This document shows, one piece after another, positions 1 through 10,192 of a stretch of 64,000 bases of DNA. Position 1 is the stretch's first letter; the number at the start of each line of letters is the position of its first letter. The DNA lies in NCBI GenBank assembly GCA_965198175.1, contig OZ240245.1:1664001-1728000 (forward strand), in the 5' to 3' direction. This stretch comes from Candidatus Poribacteria bacterium. GTDB lineage: Bacteria; Poribacteria; WGA-4E; PCPOR2b. The position numbers were made by a program, and so were the translations under genes. Under the pieces are notes generated by a model. That model was not told the DNA's origin, searched no databases, and saw nothing but the letters and a program-made list of their open reading frames with translations.

Positions 1-128
1 TCCTCCGACATGTATTGTCAATACTTAATCTGGCGCTGTATTAGTGATACTTGTATACTAGGTGATGGGATTACCTCGACCCATTCGGGCAACTGTACGT
101 GCTACGCGGCGGTAAACGGTCTACTCCA

Positions 129-2609
129 ATGATTCATTACTTCCTTTCAATTTCCCTGCTATCTGGTTCAATTATCGCATACGAAATCACCCTGATGCGT
201 CTGTTCTCTATTGGGCAGTGGCATCATTTCGCGTACATGATTATCAGCCTAGCATTACTTGGATTTGGTGTGAGCGGGAGTGTGATTTTCCTCACGCAGA
301 GTTGGCTGATGCGGCGTTTTCAACGGATGTACAGTATCTCTGGACTCATCTACTCAATTAGCGTCCCCTGTTGCTTTGCGCTGAACCAGTATGTGCCATT
401 TAACCCGTTCATGCTAATCTGGCAGCCAGGTCAAATACTGCCGCTTATGGTCCAGTATCTCATCCTATCCATCCCGTTTTTTTTCGGCGCGGCGTGCATT
501 GGTATGGTGCTCCTGCAGTTCAAGCATCACGTAAATCGGATGTATTTTTTTAATCTGCTCGGGTCGGGAATCGGTGCGTTCGGAATTGTTTTCTGTATGT
601 ACGTAGTTGCACCTGCCCAAAATCTCACGGTGATTTCAGCAATTGGGATTTGCGGCGTCTTAATCTCGAATTTTGGTGAACCAAGAACCAATTGGCGTCA
701 GATTAGTCTGATTGTAGTGAGCGGTGTTCTATTTATCGGTTGCTTGCTGCTCAAACCAATCTCAATTAAAGTTTCACCCTACAAAGGTCTGAGTACGACA
801 CTGAACTTTCCGGATGCAGAAATTCTGAACGACGCGTACAGTCCACTTGGCGCCTTACACGTTGTTCAGAGCGAGTCGATACGATCGGCGCCAGGGTTGA
901 GTCTGAAATCGCAACATCCGATACCGCCGCAATTGGGTGTATTCACGGACGCTGACGGCATGACGGCAATCACCAATTTCGGCGGAGACCTATCGAAACT
1001 GGTTTATCTGGACGATACCTCTTCAGCGTTGGCGTACCACCTGCTTGATAATCCGCATGTACTGGTGTTGGGTGCTGGCGGAGGGGGTGACGTTCTCAAC
1101 GCCGTATATCACAAGGCAGGTTCGGTTGATGCTGTCGAATTAAATCCCCTAGTTATCGATCTGATAGAACAAGCGCATGGACATTTCTCGGGGAGTATTT
1201 ACGCACTAGATTCGGCTTATTCGGTTCGGGTTCACATCGCTGAAGCGCGGGGATTTGTGAGATCGACGGCGGAGAAATACGATCTCATCCAAATCGCGCT
1301 GCTGGATTCTGTGAACGCATCCGCTGCAGGGACGCACACCCTGAATGAAAGTTACCTTTACACGGTTGAGGCAATTTCGGAACTCTTCCAACATCTGAAA
1401 CCCAACGGCATCGTGTCGATTACGCGCTGGTTGAAAACGCCGCCGCGCGACATGATCAAGTTGTTTGCAACGGCGGTCGAGGCTTTGGAACGGAACGATG
1501 AGGAGAATCCCGCTGAAAACTTAGTTATGATTCGTGGCTGGCGTACAGGGACGCTGCTGATCAAAAACGGGCGCTTTCAACTGCACGAGCGAGCGATCAT
1601 TCGGAACTTTTGTAGTACGCGTTCTTTCGACGCCGCCTACTATCCCGATATGGAAGCGTCCGAAGCAAACCGCTACAATCAACTTGCCGAACCGTTCTAT
1701 TTCCGTGCCGCACGTACAATTCTGTTCGGAGATCGAGAAGGATTTTACAAACAGTATCCGTTTCACGTTCGTCCCGCGACCGATAATTGCCCGTATTTCT
1801 TTCGGTTTCTTCGGTTCGACACACTATTTCAAATGATTCGTACAATCGGCAGGAACTCCATCCCGTTCATTGAGTGGGGCTATCTGCTTCTGATTGCAAC
1901 CCTGCTTCAAGCCGTTTTGGTAGGATTCATCCTGATTTTCCTGCCGCTCCTCTTTGTGCGGCGTCAATCCACAGATGTCCCACAACGAAGAGATCCGAAC
2001 TCTCGAACGCTAACCGATGGTGAACCACGTAGCGTTAGGTATCGGAACGTACTCGGTTATTTCTTCTGCTTGGGCGTCGGCTTCATGTTCATTGAGATGG
2101 CATTCATCCAGAAATTTCTCCTACTCCTCTCCTACCCAACTTATGCTGTTGCGGTTGTGCTCTGTGCCTTTCTCATTTTTGCTGGATTGGGGAGTCTTTC
2201 CTCTTTGCGATTCAGGGATATGCTCGTAAGATCGAGAGAGACATCTCCGCTACGGCGTCCCATCCCCCTTGCAATCGGTGTGTTATCGACAATTACCCTC
2301 CTCTATCTTCTTTTGCTTAACCCAATTTTCCATCGTTTCCTCGCAAGCTCGGACCCAATCAAGATAATAGTTTCGATTTCGCTCATCGCACCGCTGGCGT
2401 TTTTTATGGGGATGCCGTTTCCACTGGGGATTGACTTGCTGCGAAGGCGCAATCCACATCTAATCGCGTGGGCGTGGGCAATCAACGGCTATGCCTCAGT
2501 GGTGAGCGCAATTCTGGCAACCTGTCTTGCAATTTCATTTGGGTTTAGTGTTGTAATCTTGCTGGCAATTGGTATTTATCTAGCTGGAGCAGCGATAGTC
2601 CCGCGTTAG
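129..2609 (+). CDS. Polytopic membrane protein with central SAM-dependent methyltransferase (spermidine synthase-like) domain
   Basis: Many TM segments at both ends; central VLVLGAGGGGD SAM motif, VDAVELNP, ARGFV, YDLI and ATDNCPYF. ATG at 129 preferred over GTG at 99. Confidence 0.8.
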   Translation: MIHYFLSISLLSGSIIAYEITLMRLFSIGQWHHFAYMIISLALLGFGVSGSVIFLTQSWLMRRFQRMYSISGLIYSISVPCCFALNQYVPFNPFMLIWQPGQILPLMVQYLILSIPFFFGAACIGMVLLQFKHHVNRMYFFNLLGSGIGAFGIVFCMYVVAPAQNLTVISAIGICGVLISNFGEPRTNWRQISLIVVSGVLFIGCLLLKPISIKVSPYKGLSTTLNFPDAEILNDAYSPLGALHVVQSESIRSAPGLSLKSQHPIPPQLGVFTDADGMTAITNFGGDLSKLVYLDDTSSALAYHLLDNPHVLVLGAGGGGDVLNAVYHKAGSVDAVELNPLVIDLIEQAHGHFSGSIYALDSAYSVRVHIAEARGFVRSTAEKYDLIQIALLDSVNASAAGTHTLNESYLYTVEAISELFQHLKPNGIVSITRWLKTPPRDMIKLFATAVEALERNDEENPAENLVMIRGWRTGTLLIKNGRFQLHERAIIRNFCSTRSFDAAYYPDMEASEANRYNQLAEPFYFRAARTILFGDREGFYKQYPFHVRPATDNCPYFFRFLRFDTLFQMIRTIGRNSIPFIEWGYLLLIATLLQAVLVGFILIFLPLLFVRRQSTDVPQRRDPNSRTLTDGEPRSVRYRNVLGYFFCLGVGFMFIEMAFIQKFLLLLSYPTYAVAVVLCAFLIFAGLGSLSSLRFRDMLVRSRETSPLRRPIPLAIGVLSTITLLYLLLLNPIFHRFLASSDPIKIIVSISLIAPLAFFMGMPFPLGIDLLRRRNPHLIAWAWAINGYASVVSAILATCLAISFGFSVVILLAIGIYLAGAAIVPR

Positions 2610-2657
2610 GATTCAAAGAAAAGGATATCTAACCATGCTTGTGGAACGGAAAACCTG

Positions 2658-2686
2658 TTTACCCTTTCTTCGGGGTATGATATAAT
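2658..2686 (+). promoter_or_regulatory. sigma70-type promoter
   Basis: TTTACC-17nt-TATAAT with an extended -10 TG. Confidence 0.55.
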
Positions 2687-2691
2687 AGCCG

Positions 2692-2870
2692 GAATTGAAA
2701 CCATGTGGTTATGCCACCCTGCTCTGTGGACCAATCATAAACCTCCCATCCTAATGGTATCATTAACCGGAGACACAGCACACCCACGCTTGCGAGTTTC
2801 CAGGGCTTGGGAACTTTGTGACTTATCAGGACGATGGCGGGGTGACACAGCCGCAACTTGGTATTCATTC
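2692..2870 (+). ncRNA. Candidate structured ncRNA or 5' leader (long irregular hairpin)
   Basis: 2704-2722 pairs with 2837-2855 (17/19 including G-U), with further nested stems; starts just after the promoter and ends at the SD. No family recognised. Confidence 0.35.
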
Positions 2871-2882
2871 AGGAGGACATAG

Positions 2883-3572
2883 ATGCGAATCTTCATAATC
2901 GGCTGCGAGTATGCCGGCAAAACGACGCTAGTTAACGGAATCACCGGGTGGATTGCGCAAACCATGGGAAGCTATACCGGCTGCCACGACCACTTCACGC
3001 TGCCCAATGTGGGTCAAGGTGAAGCTATGGATAGAATCGAGGAGACCATCAGCGGACTCATTGAGACAGTCCCTTCGTTTGTCGAACAGTTTCAGCGTTT
3101 CCAGTTCGTTTATCATCTACAGCCTGTCCTGTTCCATCGCGATGATTACCTGATTGTGAACTGGTACTACGCGGACGCTGTTTACGTGCCGTTATATTAT
3201 CCGAATCTCGGCGGACACGACCGCCAGTACCTCGCGCGGTTCATCGAAAGCGACCTGAAAATTCTGGCGCCAGACATGGTTTTGGTTCTAGTAAGAGCTT
3301 CGCCCGATGTTATCCGGGAACGCATGCGTCAGGAGCAGCGTCCCCGGTGTCCGCTCAAGGATCCGCAGGATGTCGAGTTCGTGTTGGATCGCTTCCAGGA
3401 AGTCTATACTAACTCAATACTCGATGCAAAAATCACCATAGATACAACTAACACGTCAGCTTCAGAGACTCTACAGGAATTTGTGCGGCAAGTAGAGCCT
3501 CACTTGCGGTCTGTAGACCGGCAGCGGATTCTCAGCCATCAGACCCTACAGCAGGCGAAATCCACAACGTGA
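2883..3572 (+). CDS. P-loop nucleoside/nucleotide kinase-like protein
   Basis: N-terminal GCEYAGKTT Walker A, PDMVLVLV strand, AGGAGG SD. Confidence 0.65.
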   Translation: MRIFIIGCEYAGKTTLVNGITGWIAQTMGSYTGCHDHFTLPNVGQGEAMDRIEETISGLIETVPSFVEQFQRFQFVYHLQPVLFHRDDYLIVNWYYADAVYVPLYYPNLGGHDRQYLARFIESDLKILAPDMVLVLVRASPDVIRERMRQEQRPRCPLKDPQDVEFVLDRFQEVYTNSILDAKITIDTTNTSASETLQEFVRQVEPHLRSVDRQRILSHQTLQQAKSTT

Positions 3573-3625
3573 TAAATTGCGATACGGGAACATCCCGCGA
3601 TAGTTTGTTCAAGGAGATAACAACA

Positions 3626-4807
3626 ATGAAGGTCAATCCCCAACAGATACTCGATAACGGCTTCATCATTTTGCGCGACGTCATTCCCCCTGAACGGTTA
3701 AATCAGCTGCGTGACAGTTTTGAACTCACGGTTGAACGACAGAAGGCAATCTGGGCGCAAAACCGCAAGCCCGATGCGCCACCCGGCGGTGAGTGGGAGA
3801 CGAGTCCGCAGCCGCGAGTAATGTTTTCCACCGTTGCCGACCAAGCGACCGCGGACACAATTGAGTTTTGCCTGCACGAAAATACACGAGGTGTTAGCCG
3901 CCAACTAATGCGATCTAAAGAAGCAACCGTGACGTTAATGTCACTTATGTGCAATCCAGTGCGTGACCACGGACCATCGAACTGGCATCGCGATATTCAT
4001 CCCATCGATCAAGCCCCGTTGGGCGGCTTGCAAACTGACATGCTAGAAAACGCCCCCGGCTATGTGCAGTGGAACATCCCTCTCTATGATGATGATGTGC
4101 TCTGGGTAGTACCAGGCAGCCACCGCCGATCCAACACTAATCCGGAGAACCGCCAGTTGCTTGAAAACAACCGCGTACCGCTTCCAGGCGGTATACCAGT
4201 GGAACTCAAAGCAGGGGATGGTGTTGCCTATACCAACACAATGTTTCATTGGGGCAGCAACTACAGTCCCCAATTGAGGCGAACAATTCATCTCGGCTAC
4301 CGTGCGTTCGGAGGTCCCGTCTATCCGTATGTGCCTCACCCGTATTGGAGATTGGATTTTGGCGAGTATCTGTCGCCATGGGGACTGGAAATCTTCGAAG
4401 GATATTGCAACCTACTCGCCGAAGAGTGCGATCGTATCGTGTCCGTGTTTCATGCAATGGTTGACAAAGATTCCGACGCATTTCGTGAGGGAATTGCCGC
4501 ACTCCATCCAGGCGAGGAAGGACGGATGGTGTGTGTCGCGCTGTTGTCCAAATTTGCGTATAAAATTCGATTCGAACCACCGGGATACGGGGGCGATATT
4601 ACAAGGTCTAGGGAGATTGGCAACCGCCTTTCGCCGGAGCAAATCGAAACGCTCTGGAATCGGTTTGCCCCATTGGATGCTAAACTCCAGTCGGATACGG
4701 AGCAATTTCTTCCCGGTTTTCAGTCTGCTCCGATGCGCTATTATTTCTACGAAATGCCTTCTGATTTCAACTTAGAAGACTTTATCGCTAGTTGGGACGC
4801 AGGATAG
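3626..4807 (+). CDS. Phytanoyl-CoA dioxygenase (PhyH) family Fe/2OG oxygenase
   Basis: GFIILRDVI, WHRD, VVPGSH, LKAGD and FHWG (HxD...H triad); AAGGAG SD before ATG 3626. Confidence 0.8.
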   Translation: MKVNPQQILDNGFIILRDVIPPERLNQLRDSFELTVERQKAIWAQNRKPDAPPGGEWETSPQPRVMFSTVADQATADTIEFCLHENTRGVSRQLMRSKEATVTLMSLMCNPVRDHGPSNWHRDIHPIDQAPLGGLQTDMLENAPGYVQWNIPLYDDDVLWVVPGSHRRSNTNPENRQLLENNRVPLPGGIPVELKAGDGVAYTNTMFHWGSNYSPQLRRTIHLGYRAFGGPVYPYVPHPYWRLDFGEYLSPWGLEIFEGYCNLLAEECDRIVSVFHAMVDKDSDAFREGIAALHPGEEGRMVCVALLSKFAYKIRFEPPGYGGDITRSREIGNRLSPEQIETLWNRFAPLDAKLQSDTEQFLPGFQSAPMRYYFYEMPSDFNLEDFIASWDAG

Positions 4808-4907
4808 AGCGCGAAACTGCGAGTGCTACGTACGAATTCTCCCCGACAATGCTACGGGTTCCTGCCGACTTCTATCACTTCGGTTACTTTCTGAAGGAGC
4901 ATCAGCA

Positions 4908-5549
4908 TTAATGAATCAAATGTTCGAAGATGAAAGCACATATACCCAAAAACACCAGCAGCGCACCGGTGATTCCCCGCTCATGACGTTCCAGAAAATG
5001 GGAGTGGACGCGCTCAATACCTCTCCGCCCCAAATCGACCAGTAGCAACATGCCGAGCACAGTCACGACCAAGTAGATAACCGAAACAGTTCCGATGCCT
5101 AACCATCCCAAAGCACTTGCGGATAAATAGTAGATCTCAATTTCAATGCACGGCGAAAAGAACATCGCGACAGCTAACGAGGTAACGATCGCGAACTTCG
5201 ATTTCCGAGAGATTTTGTCGTTTTTCGCGTGATGATGCCCGTGGTTGCCTTTGGAGTCCAAGACCAGATAAATCACACCCAAGCCCACTAAGATTAGAGG
5301 TGCCACGATGTGTGAAAAAACCGCGTAGGATCCAGAGAGTTTGTAGCCGATGAACCCGACAACAATCCCAATGAGAATTGTGCTCAATGAATGAGCTATC
5401 CCGGTGATAGCTGTCACCCCCAGTGTTTCTCGGCGAGACCACTGCTCTGTCTTCCCGATGGCAACCAACGGTATCCAATGGTTGGGGATCAAAGCGTGAA
5501 CAACACTTAGCAAAAAGCTGCCCGTGAGTACCTGTATAAAGCCTCCCAT
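4908..5549 (-). CDS. Ni/Co transporter-like membrane protein (RcnA/HoxN/UreH-type)
   Basis: HALIPNHW motif, His-rich loop HGHHH, SPC motif, ~6 TM helices. Confidence 0.65.
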   Translation of the reverse strand: MGGFIQVLTGSFLLSVVHALIPNHWIPLVAIGKTEQWSRRETLGVTAITGIAHSLSTILIGIVVGFIGYKLSGSYAVFSHIVAPLILVGLGVIYLVLDSKGNHGHHHAKNDKISRKSKFAIVTSLAVAMFFSPCIEIEIYYLSASALGWLGIGTVSVIYLVVTVLGMLLLVDLGRRGIERVHSHFLERHERGITGALLVFLGICAFIFEHLIH

Positions 5550-5765
5550 CTCCGTTCTTCTCCGTTTCCATAGCGGTTGTTATGGATAAGTAATGCTTCT
5601 GCGACCGTCCCGATGTTCTGAGGAATAGCAATAAGCGTTCCAGAAATCGCTTGCGGTACTTTTGCCGATAAGCCCTCTGAGAAATGTGGTATGTTTAATG
5701 CCGATATGGTATTTACACATGTGTTGCATTGATTTCCATTTTTTCTGCAAAGAGCGGTCAGCGAG

Positions 5766-5794
5766 TTGACATGACCCTGCCCGTACGATATAGT
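5766..5794 (+). promoter_or_regulatory. sigma70-type promoter upstream of the propeller array
   Basis: TTGACA-17nt-TATAGT. Confidence 0.55.
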
Positions 5795-6092
5795 ATATAC
5801 AATCCGATGAATTCCGGCAACCCTTTTCACGCCGTACGAGAAATCCCTCACACCAACGGAAGGTAAGACGTGCGAGGCGGGACACACGCCAGAAGATTTT
5901 ACGTTTTAACAAGGGAGAGCACGTGCGGTGAATAACACCAAAGGGGTCCCTTTTGCTTTACCCTGCGTTTTATTAAACACTCTACGAAAATTTGTTCCAA
6001 GATGGAAAATCTACCCTTGGAGTAACTGCCTCTGTGAAAGTAGATTGCTTCTCACAATCTCAAGATGAATCCTAAGAAGGAGGAAAGAGCCA

Positions 6093-7091
6093 ATGAAATT
6101 CCCACACTTGAACCGAATCTCGCATCTACGCAGTTTTACTTTGATCCTGGGCTTTGCCTTAATGTCGGTCAATCAAGCTCAATCGCTCGATTCAATGATT
6201 GCCTTTTCTTCAGACCGTGACAACCCGAGAGGGTATAACGACATCTTTGTAATGAAGCCTAATGGGTCTCAGGTACACAATCTCACGAACAACCCAATGT
6301 CAAGTGATATCTTCCCTGCGTGGTCGCCAGATGGGACGAAGATCGCATTTTCTTCATCTCGCGACGGGGACAGCGATATCTATGTTATGGACGCTGACGG
6401 TAAAAACCTCATCCGGCTTACTCGAGACCCCGAGTACGACAGCATACCTAATTGGTCTCCGGACGGTCGAAAAATTGCCTTTACCTCAAGGCGCGATGGG
6501 AACTTTGAGGTCTATGTCATGAACGCAGACGGCGAAAACCAAATCCGGCTTACGCAAGACCCCTGGAACGATGGCCTTCCGAGCTGGTCTCCGGACGGTC
6601 GGAAAATTGCCTTTATGTCGCATCGCAACTCGGAGATATTTGTCATGGATGTCGACGGCAAAAACTTTGTCCGTCTTACCAGAAACCCCGCGTCTGACGC
6701 CCACCCTAGCTGGTCTCCGGATGGGCAGAACATCGCCTTTTCATCTGATCGCGCCGGAACTTACGATATCTATGTCATGGACGCTGAAGGTAAAGACCCT
6801 GTTCGGCTTACGCCGATCCGCGGGCTGCCCCAGGGACGGAGGGATCGCTGGCAGAACCTCGGGCGCGACCTTCATCCGAGCTGGTCTTCGGACGGACGGA
6901 AAATTGCTTTTACTTCCAATCGCGATGGAAACTATGAAATTTATGTCATGGATGCTGATGGTGGCAATCCGATCAATCTCACCCAAAACGCGGCAGAGGA
7001 TGAAATGCCTGCCTGGTCGCCGGGGCGATTGGCGGTTTCTCCAAAGACACGGTTACTGATGCTATGGGCGACAATAAAAAATTCCCATTGA
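6093..7091 (+). CDS. Secreted TolB-like PD40 beta-propeller protein (copy 1)
   Basis: Signal peptide; repeated PxWSPDGxKIAF...IYVMDADG; C-terminal AVSPK...LWATIK. Confidence 0.85.
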   Translation: MKFPHLNRISHLRSFTLILGFALMSVNQAQSLDSMIAFSSDRDNPRGYNDIFVMKPNGSQVHNLTNNPMSSDIFPAWSPDGTKIAFSSSRDGDSDIYVMDADGKNLIRLTRDPEYDSIPNWSPDGRKIAFTSRRDGNFEVYVMNADGENQIRLTQDPWNDGLPSWSPDGRKIAFMSHRNSEIFVMDVDGKNFVRLTRNPASDAHPSWSPDGQNIAFSSDRAGTYDIYVMDAEGKDPVRLTPIRGLPQGRRDRWQNLGRDLHPSWSSDGRKIAFTSNRDGNYEIYVMDADGGNPINLTQNAAEDEMPAWSPGRLAVSPKTRLLMLWATIKNSH

Positions 7092-7877
7092 TCGACATGG
7101 GAGTTTAAGGACCCCAAAAATTCTCATAGCGATGAATAGATACACCTCTATAACGTATGCCTACCCCCTTTTCCTCACTATGATTCTCACAGCAGTTCTT
7201 CGAGTGTCTTATCCCCACGGATTCGATTTGAAGGGTTTAACCCGTTTTGATTCGGCGAGAATTGTCCTACTCGCCAGTTACTAAAACAGTATTGGAAGTG
7301 TTATTCCTACTTCATATCGGATTATAGCTCACACTTAACAGATTTTACTTAGCCCATCCCAGTTTCCTCAATACCCAACCTACACTCGTTTACATTCCCC
7401 GCCAATGAAGGTATTTTGTTCCAATCTCTCGTGAGAGGTTTTCAAACTTTTTTATTTTCAGGGCGGCACGTGTTTTAAAAGATGTACAATGGTGTAGCGT
7501 AATTGACACAGTTCTGTCTGCAAATCGCTACATTGTCAATTCGTTATCTTTATCTCTAGCAGCGGGCACCCTTAGACCTCCTACAAAGATCTTTTCTTGC
7601 AACAATGGCACGGTATTTGCGCATTGAGCTGTGGCATAATTCATTGTTGTTGCGCCCATTGTGCATGTGTCAAATCGCTAGAATAACGTTTGCGGATCGT
7701 ATTTTCTCCATTTCATTGACTCAGAGAATCAGAATTAACTTTCCAAGTGAGAAAATGCAATCATCAACCGTTTGTGTAACTTTTTCTTTTTCAAACAGGC
7801 TCTAAATCCGAGGACGTGCCCCAAGAATAGAAATCGAGGGGATATACGCCGTAACTCAAACATGGAGGATTATTCCA

Positions 7878-10109
7878 ATGAAGAAAGCAATGGTTTTCAA
7901 GTTTAGCTTATTATTCGTTTCCGCTCTATGTCTTCCGCACAGTTACGCCCAAGATTCTCCGCAATGGGGTCTGCCCGCGGGCGCTAAAGCGCGGGTCGGC
8001 AAAGGCACGATAAATGAAATACAGTTTTCCCCGGACGGGACTCGGCTTGCGGTCGCGAGCAGCATCGGTATCTGGCTTTACAATACGGCGACCCAACAAG
8101 AGATTGCCCTTCTCGCAGGGCAGACGTATGTCGATAGCGTTGCGTTCAGTCCTGATGGACGCACAATCGCAAGCGGGCGTAGGCACTCTATCCGATTGTG
8201 GAACACCCAAACAGGAGAACTCCAGCGAACGCTCGACGGGCATACGAAATCGGTCAGGATCGTTACATTCAGTCCCGATGGCGAAACCATTGCAAGCGGG
8301 AGTTCTGACGCTACCATCCGTCTGTGGAACGCCGAAACGGGAGAAAACTTACAAACGCTGGAGGGGCATACGAATGCGGTCAATAGCGTTGCGTTCAGTC
8401 CCAATGGACACACAATCGCTAGTGCGAGTGGGGACAATACCATTCGACTGTGGAACGCCGATACGGGAGAACATCGGCGAACGCTCAGCGGGCATACGAA
8501 TGCCGTCAGTAGCGTTGCGTTCAGTCCCGACGGACGCACCATCGCTAGCGCTAGTGGAAGTGGGGGTTGGAACGGTACTATCCGGTTGTGGGACGCGAAT
8601 ACGGGCAAACCCCTGCGAACGATTACCGGACACAAGTCTGGGGTCAGTAGCGTTGTGTTCAGTCCTGATGGACGCTACCTCGCCAGTGGGGGCGGGTTGG
8701 ACGGTACCACCCGGCTGTGGGACCCCGACTCTGGTAAATCCCTGCGAACGCTCACCGGGGATACGGGATTGGGTGTTAACGTTGCGTTTAACCCCGATGG
8801 CAGCACCATCGCCAGTGGCAGTTGGGACGGTACCATCCGACTGTGGAGCGCGGCCACCGGAGAATTTCTACAAACGCTGGAGGGGCATACGTCGTTTGTC
8901 GAAAGCGTTGCGTTCAGTCCGGATGGACTCACCATCGCTAGCGCTAGTTCGGGATTCTGTTGTGGCGCTGCCATCCGGTTGTGGGACGCCGACACGGGGA
9001 AAACCCTTCGAACGCACAGTGGGTATCCAGGTACGATTGATAGTGTTGTGTTCAGTCCTGATGGCGGCACCCTAGCCTTTGGAGGTGGGAGCGCTACGCA
9101 TTTGTTTAACACCGATACGGGATTTCACAAGCAAACGCATCTCCCGCTGGGTGCTGGTTGGGTCGAAAGCGTCGCGTTCAGTCCCGATGGAAACACAATC
9201 GCTAGCGGGTTCGCTTGGGACAATACCATCCGATTGTGGGACGCGGGTTCGGGAGAAACCCTGCAAACGCTCACCGGGCATACAGATTGGGTGTATAGTG
9301 TAGCATTCAGTCCCGATGGCGGCGCGCTCGCAAGCGGGAGTAAGGATCTTACCATCCGTTTATGGGATGCCGACACGGGCAAACATTTGCGAACGCTCAC
9401 CGGGCATACCAGTTCGGTGAATATCGTTGCGTTCAGTCCTGATGGACGCACACTCGCAAGTGGAGGTGGGGACACTATCCGATTGTGGGACGCGGGTTCG
9501 GGAGAAACCCTGCAAACGCTCACCGGGCATACGGTGGCGGTCTATAGTGTTGCGTTCAGCCCGGATGGACGCACACTCGCTAGTGGGGGTTGGGACAGAA
9601 CCATCCGTCTCTGGGACACCGATACGTGGACACTTCTGGCTACGCTCAAGGGGCACACGACTTGGGTCCGAAACGTTGCGTTCAATCTCGACGGCGGCAC
9701 CCTCGCTAGCGCTAGTTCGGACGGTACCGTGATGCTGTGGGAACTTACCTCCTCAACCGGAGTTGGAGTTGGTGTGGAACCGTTGGGAAGGCATATTACG
9801 ACGCTGGGAAACATCAAAAGGACAGCGTTGCTGCAAAATTATCCGAATCCGTTCAACCCTGAAACGTGGATACCGTATCAGTTGGCGAACGATGCAGCCG
9901 TGACCTTGAGCATCTATGACCAGAGGGGACATATCGTCCGCACTCTCGACATTGGACGTCAAATTTCGGGGATCTACCGAGATAGCGCAAAAGCAGCGTA
10001 TTGGGATGGTCGTAACCAAAACGGTGAACCTGTCACAAGCGGCACCTATTATTATGAATTCCGTGCGGGTGATTACACCGCATTACGCCGAATGGCGATT
10101 GTCAAGTAG
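7878..10109 (+). CDS. Secreted WD40-repeat protein with C-terminal FlgD/Ig-like sorting-type domain (copy 1)
   Basis: Signal peptide; ~14 GHT..V.SVAFSPDG..IAS...D.TIRLWD repeats; NYPNPFNPETWIPY...WDGRN tail. Confidence 0.9.
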   Translation: MKKAMVFKFSLLFVSALCLPHSYAQDSPQWGLPAGAKARVGKGTINEIQFSPDGTRLAVASSIGIWLYNTATQQEIALLAGQTYVDSVAFSPDGRTIASGRRHSIRLWNTQTGELQRTLDGHTKSVRIVTFSPDGETIASGSSDATIRLWNAETGENLQTLEGHTNAVNSVAFSPNGHTIASASGDNTIRLWNADTGEHRRTLSGHTNAVSSVAFSPDGRTIASASGSGGWNGTIRLWDANTGKPLRTITGHKSGVSSVVFSPDGRYLASGGGLDGTTRLWDPDSGKSLRTLTGDTGLGVNVAFNPDGSTIASGSWDGTIRLWSAATGEFLQTLEGHTSFVESVAFSPDGLTIASASSGFCCGAAIRLWDADTGKTLRTHSGYPGTIDSVVFSPDGGTLAFGGGSATHLFNTDTGFHKQTHLPLGAGWVESVAFSPDGNTIASGFAWDNTIRLWDAGSGETLQTLTGHTDWVYSVAFSPDGGALASGSKDLTIRLWDADTGKHLRTLTGHTSSVNIVAFSPDGRTLASGGGDTIRLWDAGSGETLQTLTGHTVAVYSVAFSPDGRTLASGGWDRTIRLWDTDTWTLLATLKGHTTWVRNVAFNLDGGTLASASSDGTVMLWELTSSTGVGVGVEPLGRHITTLGNIKRTALLQNYPNPFNPETWIPYQLANDAAVTLSIYDQRGHIVRTLDIGRQISGIYRDSAKAAYWDGRNQNGEPVTSGTYYYEFRAGDYTALRRMAIVK

Positions 10110-10192
10110 CACCGCACCATTGGGATGAGAAACCGAGAAAGCAGATCGCCTATCACAATCTCAAAATGAATCCTAACATGGAGGGATAGCTC

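Noticed and set aside
5550..6092. Metal or cobalamin riboswitch near the Ni/Co transporter, or in the long leader of the PD40 gene
   Set aside because: No recognisable conserved aptamer motif by eye; needs an Rfam scan
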